A DNA stretch of 64,000 nt. Origin: a bacterium (GTDB taxonomy: Bacteria > UBA8248). The position numbers and the translations under genes were made by a program. Under the pieces are notes generated by a model. It saw only the letters and a program-made list of their open reading frames with translations. It did no database searches and had not been told where the DNA came from. Every line of letters starts with the position of its first letter. Position 1 is the stretch's first letter. This document shows, one piece after another, positions 29,888 to 38,992 of this stretch. The DNA lies in the NCBI GenBank assembly GCA_963692865.2, contig OY843592.1, positions 1,696,001 through 1,760,000 of the forward strand. Direction: 5' to 3'.

Positions 29888-29940
29888 CTCAAGGGGGGAG
29901 TGAAATTCAGCGCGCTCCTTTTTGGGGCTTTTTCAACAAT

Positions 29941-29987
29941 CCCACACCCCGGGGGTGGGGAATCTCTCCCCACCCCCGGGGTGTGGG
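29941..29987. repeat. Perfect 21-bp-stem hairpin
   Basis: cccacaccccgggggtgggga-atctc-tccccacccccggggtgtggg. Confidence 0.85.
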
Positions 29988-30033
29988 TTTCATCCTGAAC
30001 CGCTTGGGCTGTGCCCGAGCCGCTTGTCGCGTC

Positions 30034-31761
30034 TTACCTCGCCACCGCGCCGGGCCGGCGTTTCGGGATGATCGGCACGAGCAGGTAGGAGGCGTGGTTC
30101 GGGCCTGAGTGCAGCGTGGTGCGCCCGCCGAAGACTTCCTTGCAGCGGTCGACGGGGTGGTCGTGCAGGAACGGTCCCGAACCGCGCGAGGGCACGTAGG
30201 CCGCCACCGCGGGACCCGGGCGGTCGTAGTCCTGCCCTGCGATGTTGATGGAGAGCTGGAAGCCCTTGGGCAGCACGATGCACTGGGGCCAGATTTCCAC
30301 GTCGAGCTCGTAAATCCGCTCCGGCGTGAGCGGTTGCTTGTCGTCGTGCGTGTGGTAGGGCCGCCAGGGTTCGGACAGCTCCTCGTCCAGCTTTCGGTGC
30401 GAGGCGCGCAGCCAGCCCTGGGCGAGCGGCGTCTTGGGGTCCACAGTGCCCTGGAAATAGACTTCGCGGTTTTGGGGCGAGAACGCCTGGACGGTCACGA
30501 ACAGGTCCGCATCCACCGTGGAGGAGGAGATGAAGAGCTTGGCCGCCATCGGGCCGGTGATCTCGGTCTCTTCCTTGAGCGGCGCCGTCCTGAGCGTGAT
30601 GCCGCGCGTGAGCGCCCGGAATGTCCTGGAGCGCTTCGCCTTCGGCGGGTTCGGATCGAGCTTGCCCTTGCCGCCCGCGTGGAGATAGAGCTTCGTCCAC
30701 TTCGTGCCCTTGAGCGGCCACTCGTGCTCCTTGCGCAGCTCCACCTCGTCGGTGAACGGACGCCTGATGTTCAGCCACACGCGCGGCTCTTTATCCCAGC
30801 CGTTCTGCTCGCCCTTGAGATAATAGTCGAAGAAGCGCTTCTGGAGCTCCATGCCGTATTCGAGATAGAACCACTCCTCGTGCCGGCCCGGATGGCCTTC
30901 GAGCCACTTCTCCTCCGACGCCGCCTGCGTGTAGGCCTCGAAGTTCCCGCGCGGGTGCAGGCCGAAGCCCGCCCAGCTTCCCGCGCTCAGGAAGGGCACC
31001 TTCACCTTCGACCAGTCGGGCGAGCGGGAGCGGTACCAGTCGTCATCCATCTCGCGCGCGAGGAAGTTGGCGAGCGTGTCGGCGCGGTTGTCCTTGAGTT
31101 CCTGCTTCGAAAGCGTCGCCGGGCCCGTGGAGCGCGTCTCCATCCAGTGGTCGCGCGGGCCGTCGGGGTTTCCGTGCTGTACCGCTTCGACCTGGCGCGG
31201 ATACCAGATTTCCATGAACTTGTTCGAGAGGATGCCCCCGTGCCGCGCCCAGTCGCGGTAATGGTCGGCCGCGCCCTCCCAGGGGATCATCGCGGTCAGG
31301 TGCTTGGGCTGGAGCGCCGCGACCTGCCACTGGTTGATGGCGTAGTAGGAGACGCCGTTCAGGCCCACCTTGCCGTTCGACCACTTCTGCTTGCCCGCCC
31401 ACTCGATGGCGATGGCGAAGTCCTTGGTCTCGCGAGGTGAGAAGATGTCGAGATAGCCGGGCGAGCGGCCGGCGCCGCGCGAATCGAGCCGCACGCAGGC
31501 GTAGCCCCAGGGCACCCAGATCTCGGGGTCCACCGTTTCCCAGGTGAGCCAGCGGTGCTGGGAGCCCTCCAGGATGTCGGGGTGCATCTTCACCAGCGAA
31601 TCCCAGAGCGGCTTGTAGTGTTCCTGATACTTGACGCCCTTGCCGTAGGGGCCGCCGGCCATGACGACGGGCACCTTCGCCTTGGTGTCGGGCCGGAATA
31701 CGTCGACCCGCAGCACCACCCCGTCGTCCATCTCGACGGGCAGATCACGTTCGATAATCAT
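30034..31761 (-). CDS. CocE/NonD family serine hydrolase (peptidase S15)
   Basis: MDDGVVLRVDVFRP, DSRGAGRSPG, WSNGKVGLNGVSYYA nucleophile elbow, and a C-terminal PepX_C-like region (GWLRASHR). Confidence 0.92.
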   Translation of the reverse strand: MIIERDLPVEMDDGVVLRVDVFRPDTKAKVPVVMAGGPYGKGVKYQEHYKPLWDSLVKMHPDILEGSQHRWLTWETVDPEIWVPWGYACVRLDSRGAGRSPGYLDIFSPRETKDFAIAIEWAGKQKWSNGKVGLNGVSYYAINQWQVAALQPKHLTAMIPWEGAADHYRDWARHGGILSNKFMEIWYPRQVEAVQHGNPDGPRDHWMETRSTGPATLSKQELKDNRADTLANFLAREMDDDWYRSRSPDWSKVKVPFLSAGSWAGFGLHPRGNFEAYTQAASEEKWLEGHPGRHEEWFYLEYGMELQKRFFDYYLKGEQNGWDKEPRVWLNIRRPFTDEVELRKEHEWPLKGTKWTKLYLHAGGKGKLDPNPPKAKRSRTFRALTRGITLRTAPLKEETEITGPMAAKLFISSSTVDADLFVTVQAFSPQNREVYFQGTVDPKTPLAQGWLRASHRKLDEELSEPWRPYHTHDDKQPLTPERIYELDVEIWPQCIVLPKGFQLSINIAGQDYDRPGPAVAAYVPSRGSGPFLHDHPVDRCKEVFGGRTTLHSGPNHASYLLVPIIPKRRPGAVAR

Positions 31762-32053
31762 ACGCACCTCCTGAGTTTGAGAATGAGGCCGTGCGGCTCC
31801 CGGTGGGGGGCCGCACGCTCTTTCCGCGTTTCCATGAGTAGAATGTGCAGAAATTATGCGCGAAGGGCCTGTGTTTTTCAATATGGAGATGTATGGCTTT
31901 CGCATTTAACCTGTTCATGCGTCGGCGAAGGGAGGGGAAAAGCGTAATGCCCGGATGATTTTAAGGCCTCGGGCCTTTATCCCGCACGCGATAAACGGCT
32001 ATATTCGGTGAAGCAGTTGCGCTCCAAATCCCGCCGCCGGGACGGAGTTCTCC

Positions 32054-32503
32054 TTGATCACATACATCGACGAAATCGACCGCCGCATCTCTGGCTGGAT
32101 GAACCGCTACGGCCGATTATTCTTGCGAATATCGCTCGCCGTCGTCTTCATCTGGTTCGGTATCCTGAAACCCTTGGGCTTGAGCGCCGCGGCGGAACTC
32201 GTTCGCCGCACGGTCTACTGGCTGCCGCCCGATTTCTTCATCCCCCTGCTCGGCTGGTGGGAGGTGGCGATAGGGGTGGGGCTGCTCTTCCGCCCGCTCA
32301 TCCGCGTCGCGCTTTTCCTGCTCTTCCTGCAGATGCCGGGGACGGTTCTGCCGCTCTTCCTGCTGCCCGAGGTCTGCTTCACGCAGGTTCCCTTCGCCCC
32401 CACGCTCGAGGGGCAATACATCATCAAGAACCTCATCCTGCTGAGCGCGGCCATCGCCGTGGGCGGCACGGTGCGGGAGGAGGACGCGGGTCCGCGCATC
32501 TGA
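32054..32503 (+). CDS. DoxX/YkgB-like membrane protein
   Basis: LRISLAVVFIWFGILK, GWWEVAIG and EGQYIIKN motifs. Confidence 0.8.
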   Translation: MITYIDEIDRRISGWMNRYGRLFLRISLAVVFIWFGILKPLGLSAAAELVRRTVYWLPPDFFIPLLGWWEVAIGVGLLFRPLIRVALFLLFLQMPGTVLPLFLLPEVCFTQVPFAPTLEGQYIIKNLILLSAAIAVGGTVREEDAGPRI

Positions 32504-32524
32504 TGTTTCCGTGGCGGTAGTTTT

Positions 32525-32860
32525 GTAGGGACAGGCCTCCGTGCCTGTCCTGATCTCGTTCGCAAACAAGGGACAACCACAGGGGGTTGTCCCTACAGGT
32601 CATACAGGCAGTGTGGGGAAATTTTTGGTCTGTCGGGGTGTTTTTTGTCGTCATTCCGGTATGAGCCCGAAAGCGAACTGGTGGGAGTTTTTGAAAAATC
32701 CCGAAAAGGGAAAGTTCACCGTCATTCCGGCGAAAGCCGGAATCCATTTTTACGCTTTTTGCCTTTCATCGGGATTCTCGCGCATCGGTGGAGGAATGAA
32801 ACGCCGCCGTTCATTCACCCGCACCCGCAAAATGGATTCCGGCTCAAGGCCGGAATGACG
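32525..32860. repeat. GTAG-type REP doublet (32525-32596) followed by a CGTC-type doublet (about 32720-32860)
   Basis: gtagggacaggc..gcctgtcc ... ggacaacc..ggttgtccctac, then cgtcattccggcgaaagccggaatcca ... tggattccggc..gccggaatgacg. Confidence 0.8.
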
Positions 32861-33022
32861 AGCAAAGGCAATATCACTCTTCTTCAAAGGAGAAGTAATC
32901 CCGAAACCCGTGTTCCCCGTCTTCGATCCTCGCTTGCCCTATGATCTGGCGCTGGGACGATGGAACACTTGTAACATCCGGCAATTTGCCGTACGTTGTA
33001 CAAGAACGAAGGAGACAAGACC

Positions 33023-33334
33023 ATGCTGAACTTCCATGACCATGCCGCCGCCATCGACGAGCCGAAGACGGCGCGCATGGAACAGCGAACCAAACCGCAC
33101 GTCAAGGCGCAGATTCAGCAGGCGGCGGCCCTGCTCGGCGTCGACGAGACGACTTTCGTGACCAGCGCGGCGCTGGAGCGCGCCCGGCTCGCGATTGCCG
33201 ACCATGAGCGCACGCTCCTCTCTGCGGAGGACCGCGCCGTGGTCCTCGCCGCCCTCGATGCGCCGGCAGAGCCGACCGAGGCGTTGCGTGAGGCGATGGC
33301 TCTGCACGAAGCGCGGGTGGCGCGTGGCGGCTGA
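33023..33334 (+). CDS. DUF1778 family antitoxin (TacA/AtaR-like, ribbon-helix-helix)
   Basis: KTARMEQR....K..IQQAAALLG....FV..AALERA...LS.ED.....ALDAP.EP..AL. Overlaps the GNAT gene. Confidence 0.9.
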   Translation: MLNFHDHAAAIDEPKTARMEQRTKPHVKAQIQQAAALLGVDETTFVTSAALERARLAIADHERTLLSAEDRAVVLAALDAPAEPTEALREAMALHEARVARGG

Positions 33335-33878
33335 GGCGACACCAAATTCACAAAAGATATCCATCGAGCCGCTCGACCCGAAGAGACACGATCGGGCGAT
33401 TTTCTCCTGCGGAACCGTCAGGCTCGACAATTTTCTCAAGCGCACAGCCAGGAAACACCAGGGGGGAGACTTCTCGCGGGTCTGGGTGGCGACCGAAGGC
33501 GACCGCGCTGAAATTCTCGGGTTTTATGCGCTGAACGCCCATTCGCTAGAAGGCGACGACCTCCCGGCGAATCTCACGAGAAACGCGCCCCGCTCCGGCG
33601 GTATCCCCGCCGTCTATCTTTCGATGATTGCAGTAGACCGCCGCTATCAAGGCCAAGGCTTAGGACGCATACTTCTCGCGGACGCTTTGAAGCATGCGGT
33701 GGCCGCCGCCGATCAGATCGGTCTCAAGGCCGTGGGGCTCGACGTGATCGAAGACGGCGGCCCCGAGGCCGCGGAAAAACGCCGTGCCTTCTACGCCGCC
33801 ATGGGGTTTCAGCCGTTGCCGTCGCGCCCGCTGCGAATGTTCATCTCCATCGAGACGGTTCGCAAGACACTGGTCTGA
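33324..33878 (+). CDS. GNAT acetyltransferase toxin (TacT/AtaT-like)
   Basis: HDRAIFSCG..RLDNFL, GFYAL, IPAVYL..IAVDRRYQGQGLG (acetyl-CoA motif) and FYAAMGF. Confidence 0.9.
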   Translation: MAAEATPNSQKISIEPLDPKRHDRAIFSCGTVRLDNFLKRTARKHQGGDFSRVWVATEGDRAEILGFYALNAHSLEGDDLPANLTRNAPRSGGIPAVYLSMIAVDRRYQGQGLGRILLADALKHAVAAADQIGLKAVGLDVIEDGGPEAAEKRRAFYAAMGFQPLPSRPLRMFISIETVRKTLV

Positions 33879-33936
33879 AGGGCGTTGTAGGCGGGTGGGT
33901 CTGGCGCGTCTGTTCTCCAGACCTTAAAGTGCCCCC

Positions 33937-34794
33937 ATGACTTTCCTCGCTCTCTCGCTGGTGCTGACCGCCGCTTTTTGTCACGCCACCTGGAACCTGC
34001 TGGTCAAGCGCATCAATGGCGGGCCGGAACTCGTCTGGCTGTTTTCCGTTTTCTCGGTCCTGATCTACCTGCCGGTCGTGGCGGGCGTTTATCTGGTGGA
34101 ACGCCCCCCCATGGAGTGGCGCGAGATCGGGTTCTACGTCGGCAGCGCCGCACTGCACATGGCCTATTTCCTGCTCCTCCAGCAGGGCTACCGCAGGGGC
34201 GATCTGTCCCTGGTCTACCCGGTGGCGCGTGCTACCGGACCGTTCCTCTCGACCCTGTTCGCCGTCTCCGTTCTGGGAGAGAATCTGACGGTCCAGATCG
34301 CGGCCGGCGGCCTGGCGATCATCGTCGGCATCGTGTTCCTGACCGGCGGCTTCGACTGGACCTCCACGCGGCGCGTGAGTTCGCTTTTGTTCGGAGTTTC
34401 CACCGGCGTGCTCATCGGCAGCTATACGGTCTGGGACGCCTATGCGGTCAGCGCGCTCGCCATCCCGCCGCTGCTGCTCGACTACGGGTCGATGCTTGCG
34501 CGCGCCTTGTTCCTGGCGCCCTACGCCGTAACGCGCAGGAAGGCCGTCGCGGAGCACTGGCGCGAACACAAGCTCGCCGTGCTCGGAATCGCCGTGTTCA
34601 CCCCGCTTGCGTATATCCTGGTGCTGACGGCGCTCGTCTTCACGCCGATCGTCTACGTCGCGCCGGGGCGTGAGGTCAGCGTCCTGATAACGGTGGCGAT
34701 GGGGTCGATCCTGCTGGGCGAGGGCGAGTTGCGCAGGCGCATGGGATGGGCCTGTCTGATCCTCCTGGGCATGGTGATGCTGGCGCTGGGCTAG
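33937..34794 (+). CDS. DMT/EamA family transporter
   Basis: About 10 TM helices. HATWN, YRRGDLSLVYPVAR and YVAPGREVS motifs. Confidence 0.88.
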   Translation: MTFLALSLVLTAAFCHATWNLLVKRINGGPELVWLFSVFSVLIYLPVVAGVYLVERPPMEWREIGFYVGSAALHMAYFLLLQQGYRRGDLSLVYPVARATGPFLSTLFAVSVLGENLTVQIAAGGLAIIVGIVFLTGGFDWTSTRRVSSLLFGVSTGVLIGSYTVWDAYAVSALAIPPLLLDYGSMLARALFLAPYAVTRRKAVAEHWREHKLAVLGIAVFTPLAYILVLTALVFTPIVYVAPGREVSVLITVAMGSILLGEGELRRRMGWACLILLGMVMLALG

Positions 34795-34925
34795 CGGCGG
34801 ACGGTGCATTCTGTCACTTGAGGGGGCTTTCTATCGTTGCCGTCTCGTCCGCTGAGAATGTACATCAGTATCGACACGATTCGCTTGGCGATGGTCTGAC
34901 GTGTAACTCATGGCGGTAGTATTTT

Positions 34926-35120
34926 GTAGGGACAGGCCCCCGTGCTTGTCCTAATCTCGTCTATAAACAAGGGACAACCACGGGGGGCAGGACAACCCGG
35001 AAGGGTTGTCCCTACGTTTTTAATTTGGAACAGTTTGGTAGGTTGGACATATATGTCCGACATACATGCGACCCTGCCTTTTTCCGCCCTCCGGCCACGG
35101 GCCGCATGTATGCGGCCCCC
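34926..35120. repeat. GTAG-type REP cluster
   Basis: gtagggacaggc...ttgtccctac (34926-35015), gtaggttggacatatatgtccgac and gggccgcatgtatgcggccc. Confidence 0.75.
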
Positions 35121-35301
35121 ACAGTCGAATTGGCTATTAAAAAAGATATAAGGGTGAACGCGCAGGCTATGCATCTCCGCTTATTGAGCCATACCGCTCT
35201 GCTTGCGTCTCAGGATTCCCAAGCCGCTGGCCGGCGCGATAAAAGATGCTATAGTGGCCCCTCTTGAATTCACATCATCATCCCTCATGCAGGAGCGAAC
35301 C

Positions 35302-35694
35302 ATGAGCGAGCCGCAAATCAGTGCGCAGGACGTCCTGAACGCCAGCGCGGGCTGCCTCCAGAAGCAGATGTACGTCTACTTCACGAAACCGGCGAACGGC
35401 CTGGGGCCCGTGATGGAGAATCTCGAAGAGCACCTGAAGTTTCAGGTCGAAATCGAGCAGAAGGGGATCATGTTCGGCGCGGGGCCTTTCTGGACCGACG
35501 ACGAGCAGCGCTGGGAGGGGGAGGGGATGATCATCATCCGCGCCGAATCCCTGGCGGAGGCGAGAAAGATCGCCGAATCCGACCCCATGCACGCGAGCGG
35601 CGCGCGCACGTTCACCATACGCCCCTGGCTGATGAACGAGGGCATGGTCACGATGAAGGTGACCTACTCAGACGGCGGGCGGGAAATCATATGA
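35302..35694 (+). CDS. YciI family protein
   Basis: HLKFQ, FGAGP, GMIIIRAESLAEA..IAESDPMH. GGAG RBS. Confidence 0.85.
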   Translation: MSEPQISAQDVLNASAGCLQKQMYVYFTKPANGLGPVMENLEEHLKFQVEIEQKGIMFGAGPFWTDDEQRWEGEGMIIIRAESLAEARKIAESDPMHASGARTFTIRPWLMNEGMVTMKVTYSDGGREII

Positions 35695-36551
35695 ACTGGA
35701 CGCCGAGACGAGAGAGATTCCGCGTCCTGCTCTCGGGCGCCAGATGCGTGCACCCCGGTTCGGTCTACGACCCCCTCACCGCGCGCATGGCGGAAGACTT
35801 GGGCTTCGAGGTCGGGATGTTCGCAGGCTCAACCGCCTCGCTCACCGTGCTGGGTGCGCCCGACATCATCCTGCTCACCTTGACGGAGTTCGCCGCCCAG
35901 GCGCTGCGCATCAACCGCGCGACCGGGATGCCTCTGCTGGTGGATGCGGACCACGGCTACGGCAACGCGCTGAACGTGAAGAGGACGGTCGAGGAACTCG
36001 AAACAGCGGGCGTGGCGGGCCTCTCGATAGAGGACACGATACTTCCGCAACCCTTCGGTGCGGATGGCGCGCAGCTCACTTCGATTGAAGAGGGCGCCGG
36101 CAAGATGCGCGCGGCCCTCGAAGGACGCCAGGACCCGAGTCTGGTGATAGCGGGCCGGACGAGCGCGCCACGCGTCACGAGTACCGAAGACGCCATCGCG
36201 CGGGTTACGGCCTATGAAGCGGCGGGGGTGGACGCCATCTTCCTGGTGGGCGTCCAGAGCCGCGCGCAGCTCGAAGCCATCGCGGCTGCGGTGAACCTTC
36301 CCATCATCCTGGGCGGGAGCGCGAAGGAGGTGCGGGGGCTGGAATATCTCGCCGGCCAGCGCGTTCGCGTCGCGCTCCAGGGCCACCAGCCCATCATGGC
36401 GGCGGCGGGGGCGGCCTATTCCGCGCTGAAGGCGCTCAAAGACGGCGCGCAGCCCGAAGAGCTGGAGAACGTCCCGGCCGGCGATTTCATGAAAAAATAC
36501 ATGAACGACGCGGACTACCGGCGGCAGATAAGCGCGTTTCTCGATGAGTGA
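35691..36551 (+). CDS. Isocitrate lyase/PEP mutase superfamily protein (oxaloacetate decarboxylase-like)
   Basis: SVYDP..AR, VDADHGYGNALNV, IED and AY..AGVD motifs. ATGA overlap with yciI. Confidence 0.88.
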   Translation: MNWTPRRERFRVLLSGARCVHPGSVYDPLTARMAEDLGFEVGMFAGSTASLTVLGAPDIILLTLTEFAAQALRINRATGMPLLVDADHGYGNALNVKRTVEELETAGVAGLSIEDTILPQPFGADGAQLTSIEEGAGKMRAALEGRQDPSLVIAGRTSAPRVTSTEDAIARVTAYEAAGVDAIFLVGVQSRAQLEAIAAAVNLPIILGGSAKEVRGLEYLAGQRVRVALQGHQPIMAAAGAAYSALKALKDGAQPEELENVPAGDFMKKYMNDADYRRQISAFLDE

Positions 36552-36600
36552 GGTTCGTATACGTAGATATGTCCGACTTGCGGGTTTTTTCCACCCCTCT

Positions 36601-37244
36601 CTCATCCCGAGTAGGCCCGAAGGGCCGTATCGAGGGACGCCATGACGCCGCAAGAGCCGGCCACATATGTTTATATGCTGCGCTGCGCCGACGGCAGCTT
36701 CTACACCGGCGTTACCCGGCGGCCGCTCGAAGAGCGCGTCGGCGAGCACAACAGTGGCGCACTCGGGGGCTATACGCTCAGCAGAAGGCGGGTCGAGCTC
36801 GTCTGGTGTGAGGAGTTTCGCCTGGCGAGCGACGCCGTCGCGGCGGAGCGCCGGATCAAGAGCTGGTCGCGCCGCAAGAAACGCGCCCTGATCGCGGGGG
36901 ACTGGCCCCGGCTGAGGCAGGCGGCGAAGAAGGATTTCAAGCGGAAAGGGTGAGGGAAGGTATCTAATGCGAAAACAATAGCTTCGTCCCGAGTAGACCC
37001 TTCGATACGCGGCTTCGCCGCTACTCAGGGTGAGGCAGGGTTTGGGTGGCGGCTACTCAGGGTGAAATGTTGGGTGAGGATAGGGTGTTGAAAAAATCGG
37101 GCCATGAAAATATCACACCCTCATCCCGAGTAGGCAGATTGGGAGGAGGAAAAACTCCTCATCCCGAGTAGACCCCGAAGGGGCCGTATCGAGGGACGCC
37201 CTTCGACAATCTTATCCCGAGTTCCTAGGGGCTGCTCAGAGTGA
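36601..37244. repeat. Cluster of ctca.cc.gagtag-hairpin-cgtatcga.gg palindromic repeats around the GIY-YIG gene
   Basis: Copies at 36601-36641 (+), 36997-37035 (-) and 37158-37200 (+). Partial copies at about 37052-37065, 37120-37134 and 37199-37244. Confidence 0.8.
36642..36953 (+). CDS. GIY-YIG nuclease family protein (YhbQ/UPF0213-like)
   Basis: YVYMLRCADGSFYTG.T....R..EHN, YT..RR.V.LV..E and A...ERRIK.WSR.KK.ALI. Confidence 0.92.
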   Translation: MTPQEPATYVYMLRCADGSFYTGVTRRPLEERVGEHNSGALGGYTLSRRRVELVWCEEFRLASDAVAAERRIKSWSRRKKRALIAGDWPRLRQAAKKDFKRKG

Positions 37245-37320
37245 AAGGTAGACGCCGGGCGCGGGGAGAGCGTTGCGCGACACCGCGCGCGCATTGACTC
37301 TCCCAACTGGAGGAGCGCTC

Positions 37321-37554
37321 ATGAGGGTGAAATACACAGTCGTTATCGAGAAATCGCCTGACAACTACGCGGCCTATGTTCCCGACCTGCCGGGCTGCGT
37401 CGCGACGGGCCGCACCCGGGAGGATACGCTGGCGGAGATACGCGAAGCCATCGAACTGCATCTCGAAAGCCTGTGCGAGTATGGCGAGCCTGCGCCACAG
37501 CCTCAAGCGACCGCCGACACCGTGGAAGTGGCGGCGGCAGGAACGTCTGGATAA
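37321..37554 (+). CDS. HicB family antitoxin (short form, no adjacent HicA seen)
   Basis: YTVVIEK...NYAAYVPDLPGCVATG.T.E......REAIELHLE. GGAGG RBS. Confidence 0.88.
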   Translation: MRVKYTVVIEKSPDNYAAYVPDLPGCVATGRTREDTLAEIREAIELHLESLCEYGEPAPQPQATADTVEVAAAGTSG

Positions 37555-37769
37555 CGAATCGGCTCCATCTCCCGCCGAGGCGCAGGAAGATGACATTGAA
37601 CCGTATCGAGAACCTCTCCTGAGCACCTCGAAGTAATCTGCCCCGAGCACTTGGAAGAAGCCTGTTCCGAGCCCCCGCGCGAAATGCCGATCTGATGTGA
37701 CGAAAAGCCTTCTCAGGCGATATACTGGCGTCTCAATCAGGGTAACCGTATCGACCCGGGGAGGGCCTC

Positions 37770-38912
37770 ATGGCCATAGAGCTTGCTTGGTACATGTCGT
37801 GCGACGGCGACAGCGCCTACATCGGCCAGAAGTTCGCCGAACACCCCCCGAGCTATGAGACATTCACCCGCATCGCGCAAAACGCGGAGCGCAGCGGCTT
37901 CACGACCATCCTGGTGCCGACGTCGCAGGTGAGCGGCCACTACGGGCCGCAGGCCCCGACGTGGGACAGCATGGTGAACGCCGCGGTGGTCGGCCCGGCG
38001 ACGAAGACGATCAAGCTGCTGCTCGCCGTTCGGGTGGGAATCATCGACCCGGCCATCTGCGCGCGGATGATGGCCTCGCTCGACGAACTCACGGGCGGGC
38101 GGGTGCTCTACAACATCGTGACGGGCGGCGGCGCGCTCGCGAGCTACGGCGAAACGCTGGACCACGACACGCGCTATGAGCGCACGGATGAGTTTCTGGA
38201 AATCCTGGAGGGCCTCTGGACGAAGGAAAAATACTCCTTCGAGGGCAGGTTCTACAATTTGCAAGACGCCACCGTCTATCCCCGGCCCGTGCAGAAGCCG
38301 AGGATCCCCTTCTTCATGGCCGGGGCGTCCGATATCGCGCAGGACATCGCCATCCGGCGGGCGGAGTATTCGGTCTTCTGGGGGGAGACGCCCGAGCAGG
38401 TGGCCGAGCGCGTGCGGCACATGAACGAGAAATGCGAGCGCGCGGGAAGGACGCGCCCGCTCAAGTACGTGACGCGCTTTCAGATCTTCGCGCGCGAGAC
38501 GGAAAACCAAGCCTTCGAGGCGGCCGAGGAGGTCATGAGCCAGGTAGACCCCGAGGTGCTGGCGCACCGCGGAAAGGTCATCTCCTCGTTCGAGAGCAAG
38601 GGCACGAAGGATCAGCAGGCCCGCACGCGCGAGGAGATGGTGGGTCCCAACCTGTGGGCGGGCATGGGCCGGATTCGCTCGGGCTCCGCCGTCGCCATCG
38701 TGGGTTCCTATGAGCAGTGCGCGCGGAAGATCATCGAGATCGAACGGGCGGGCATCGATTTGCTGATACTCTCGGGCTTCCCCCTGCACGAGGAATGCCA
38801 AACCGTGGGCAGGCACGTGATTCCCCTCGTGCGCGAGATGGAGCGGGAAATGGGTCTCGTGCACGAGGAGGATGAGGCGTTCCTGTCCCTGAGCCAGGGG
38901 GTCTCCGTCTAG
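37770..38912 (+). CDS. LLM-class flavin-dependent monooxygenase (SsuD-like)
   Basis: AERSGF..ILVP, LLAVR.G, LDELTGGR..YNIVTG, FEGRFY and LWAG...R.G...AIVGS motifs. Confidence 0.88.
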   Translation: MAIELAWYMSCDGDSAYIGQKFAEHPPSYETFTRIAQNAERSGFTTILVPTSQVSGHYGPQAPTWDSMVNAAVVGPATKTIKLLLAVRVGIIDPAICARMMASLDELTGGRVLYNIVTGGGALASYGETLDHDTRYERTDEFLEILEGLWTKEKYSFEGRFYNLQDATVYPRPVQKPRIPFFMAGASDIAQDIAIRRAEYSVFWGETPEQVAERVRHMNEKCERAGRTRPLKYVTRFQIFARETENQAFEAAEEVMSQVDPEVLAHRGKVISSFESKGTKDQQARTREEMVGPNLWAGMGRIRSGSAVAIVGSYEQCARKIIEIERAGIDLLILSGFPLHEECQTVGRHVIPLVREMEREMGLVHEEDEAFLSLSQGVSV

Positions 38913-38992
38913 TTTTCAGGAATTTCAAAAATACGGGCAGGCTTGGAACAAAGTCCGTTCTCCTTTCGGTTGTCAATCAACGGAGGTGGAAC

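Noticed and set aside
35691-36551. Selenocysteine read-through at other TGA stops (for example 1640, 20747, 36551, 43521, 54014, 55677)
   Set aside because: These proteins already look complete at the TGA, the TGA is not at a catalytic Cys position, and I saw no family-like sequence continuing beyond it.
36601-37244. CRISPR array (here or in the other repeat clusters)
   Set aside because: The repeats vary in orientation, sequence and spacing, there are no regular unique spacers, and no cas genes are present.
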